Positions 62,625-64,000 of a DNA stretch of 64,000 bases are shown here, in pieces. The notes under the pieces were generated by a model. That model made no database searches. It was not told the origin of the DNA and was given only the letters and a program-made list of their open reading frames with translations. Source of the DNA: Verrucomicrobiia bacterium (GTDB taxonomy: Bacteria > Verrucomicrobiota > Verrucomicrobiia > Limisphaerales > UBA1319); contig OY760937.1 of NCBI GenBank assembly GCA_963664225.1, positions 2,560,001 to 2,624,000 on the forward strand, read 5' to 3'. Each line of letters starts with the position of its first letter. The first letter of the stretch is position 1. A program made the translations under genes and the position numbers.

Positions 62625-63596
62625 ATGAAGACACATCGATTGCTGGTTCTCAGCGACATACATTATTCGAGCCCGGGCGAAACGGAACGGGGGCACCCGG
62701 AGAATGCAGTGATCCGCAACCCGCTGCTGCGGATTTCCGCGCGTATGTTCCGCCATTTCATATGGTTGCGCGATCCGCATGGCCACAATTCGCTGCTGGA
62801 TGCCTTCATGGCCGAGGCCGGGGAACCGGATATCGTGGTGGCGGTGGGGGATTACTCGATCGATTCGGCCTTCATCGGGGTCAGCGACGACGCGGCCTGC
62901 GCAAGCGTGCGGGGGTGTCTGGACAAGTTGCGCGGGCGGTTTGGATCGCGCTTTCTCGCGGTGCCCGGCGATCATGAGTTGGGCAAAATGAGTTTGTTTG
63001 GCGGGGCGGGCGGGCCGCGGCTGGCGAGTTGGGAGCGGATGCGGGGTGAATTGGGGCTTCGTCCTTTCTGGCAGCATGACCTGGATGCGCATCGTCTGGT
63101 GGGGGTGACGTCCACGCTGGTTTCCCTGCCGGTTTTCGAACCGGAAATCCTGCCTGAAGAATGGCCCGCGTGGGAGGCCTTGCGGGAGATGCACATGGAA
63201 GACATCCGGAAGGCGTTCGACACGCTGGAGCCTGGGCGGCGCATAATTCTTTTTTGCCACGATCCAACCGCCCTGCCCTTTTTGTGGCTTGAGGAATCGG
63301 TGCGCCGCCGGGCGGCGCAGATCGATCTGACGATGATCGGCCATTTGCACTCGAACCTGATTTTCTGGAAAAGCCGGGTTCTGGCGGGAATGCCCGCGAT
63401 CCCATTTTTGGGCAATTCCATCCGGCGGATGAGCGGGGCCTTGAACCGGGCGAAGGATTGGCAGCCATTCAAACCGGTGCTCTGCCCCTCGCTGGCGGGC
63501 ATCGAGATGCTCAAGGACGGAGGGTATTACGAGCTGGAGCTGGATCCCTCGGCGCAAACGGGGCCGCGGCTGCATTTGATGCCGCTAAAACGCTAG
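62625..63596 (+). CDS. Calcineurin-like metallophosphoesterase
   Basis: SDIH, GD, PGDHE, CHDP and GHLH. Confidence 0.85.
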   Translation: MKTHRLLVLSDIHYSSPGETERGHPENAVIRNPLLRISARMFRHFIWLRDPHGHNSLLDAFMAEAGEPDIVVAVGDYSIDSAFIGVSDDAACASVRGCLDKLRGRFGSRFLAVPGDHELGKMSLFGGAGGPRLASWERMRGELGLRPFWQHDLDAHRLVGVTSTLVSLPVFEPEILPEEWPAWEALREMHMEDIRKAFDTLEPGRRIILFCHDPTALPFLWLEESVRRRAAQIDLTMIGHLHSNLIFWKSRVLAGMPAIPFLGNSIRRMSGALNRAKDWQPFKPVLCPSLAGIEMLKDGGYYELELDPSAQTGPRLHLMPLKR

Positions 63597-63611
63597 AAAC
63601 GGATTAGTTGA

Positions 63612-64000
63612 TTATTTGAGGCCGTCGTAAATCTGGACCATGTCACGCGCCATGCGGTCGATGTCGAAGATTTCGCGCCCGGTTTTCAGGGCGGCTTCGC
63701 GCAGCCCCATGTAACGCTGCGGATGAAGCAGCAGGGACTCGATGGTGTCGGCCAGGGCGTTGGGTTTTTTGGTTTCGCAGAGCACGCCGGCGCGAGTGGC
63801 TTCGATCAATTCCGGGAAGGATCCCTGGCGGGGCAGGACGACTGGCACGCCTGAGGCCATGGCTTCGGGCACGTACAACCCGAAGGCCTCGGGATGCTTG
63901 GTGGGCATGCAAAGCAGGGAAAGGGAACGGTAAAAGTCCTGTTTGGCGGCGCGATCCGGATTGGGAAAAAAGCGGGTATCCTGCATGGCGGTGGCGCGAC
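63612..64000 (-). CDS. GT4 glycosyltransferase, C-terminal part (start outside window)
   Basis: EAFGL...EAMASGVPVV motif. Confidence 0.85.
   Translation of the reverse strand, partial: RATAMQDTRFFPNPDRAAKQDFYRSLSLLCMPTKHPEAFGLYVPEAMASGVPVVLPRQGSFPELIEATRAGVLCETKKPNALADTIESLLLHPQRYMGLREAALKTGREIFDIDRMARDMVQIYDGLK

Overview
GC-rich bacterial chromosome segment. The gene content suggests Verrucomicrobia, probably Pedosphaera-like (inferred from BspA-type LRR proteins with an F/Y-RL C-terminus, a long-tailed ECF sigma factor, a cytochrome b/c fusion and dense REP-like repeats). Housekeeping genes are lysA (partial, missed by the ORF track), rpsU, tex, GTP-PEPCK, tRNA-Lys(CTT), a Rieske/cytochrome b-c pair, LPS glycosyltransferases and TolC. 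Around them lie secreted sugar-active enzymes, two hybrid histidine kinases, four LRR surface proteins and three tandem repeat arrays (204, 129 and 84/85 bp units). The main signal is two apparently identical IS110 elements inserted at the same CT core of a REP repeat, with empty copies of that target nearby. The element's non-coding end reads as a complete bridge RNA: four guide segments match the target (TTCCAGT-CT-GCCGT) and the donor junction (ACCGTTG-CT-TGTA), and a sigma70-like promoter forms only on the excised circle. Other notable items are an integrase-free 1.66-kb cassette flanked by tRNA 3'-end repeats, a ThiD-amidohydrolase fusion with an internal signal peptide, and a Tat-signal RpiB homologue. 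All calls are by eye; no searches or RNA folding were run.
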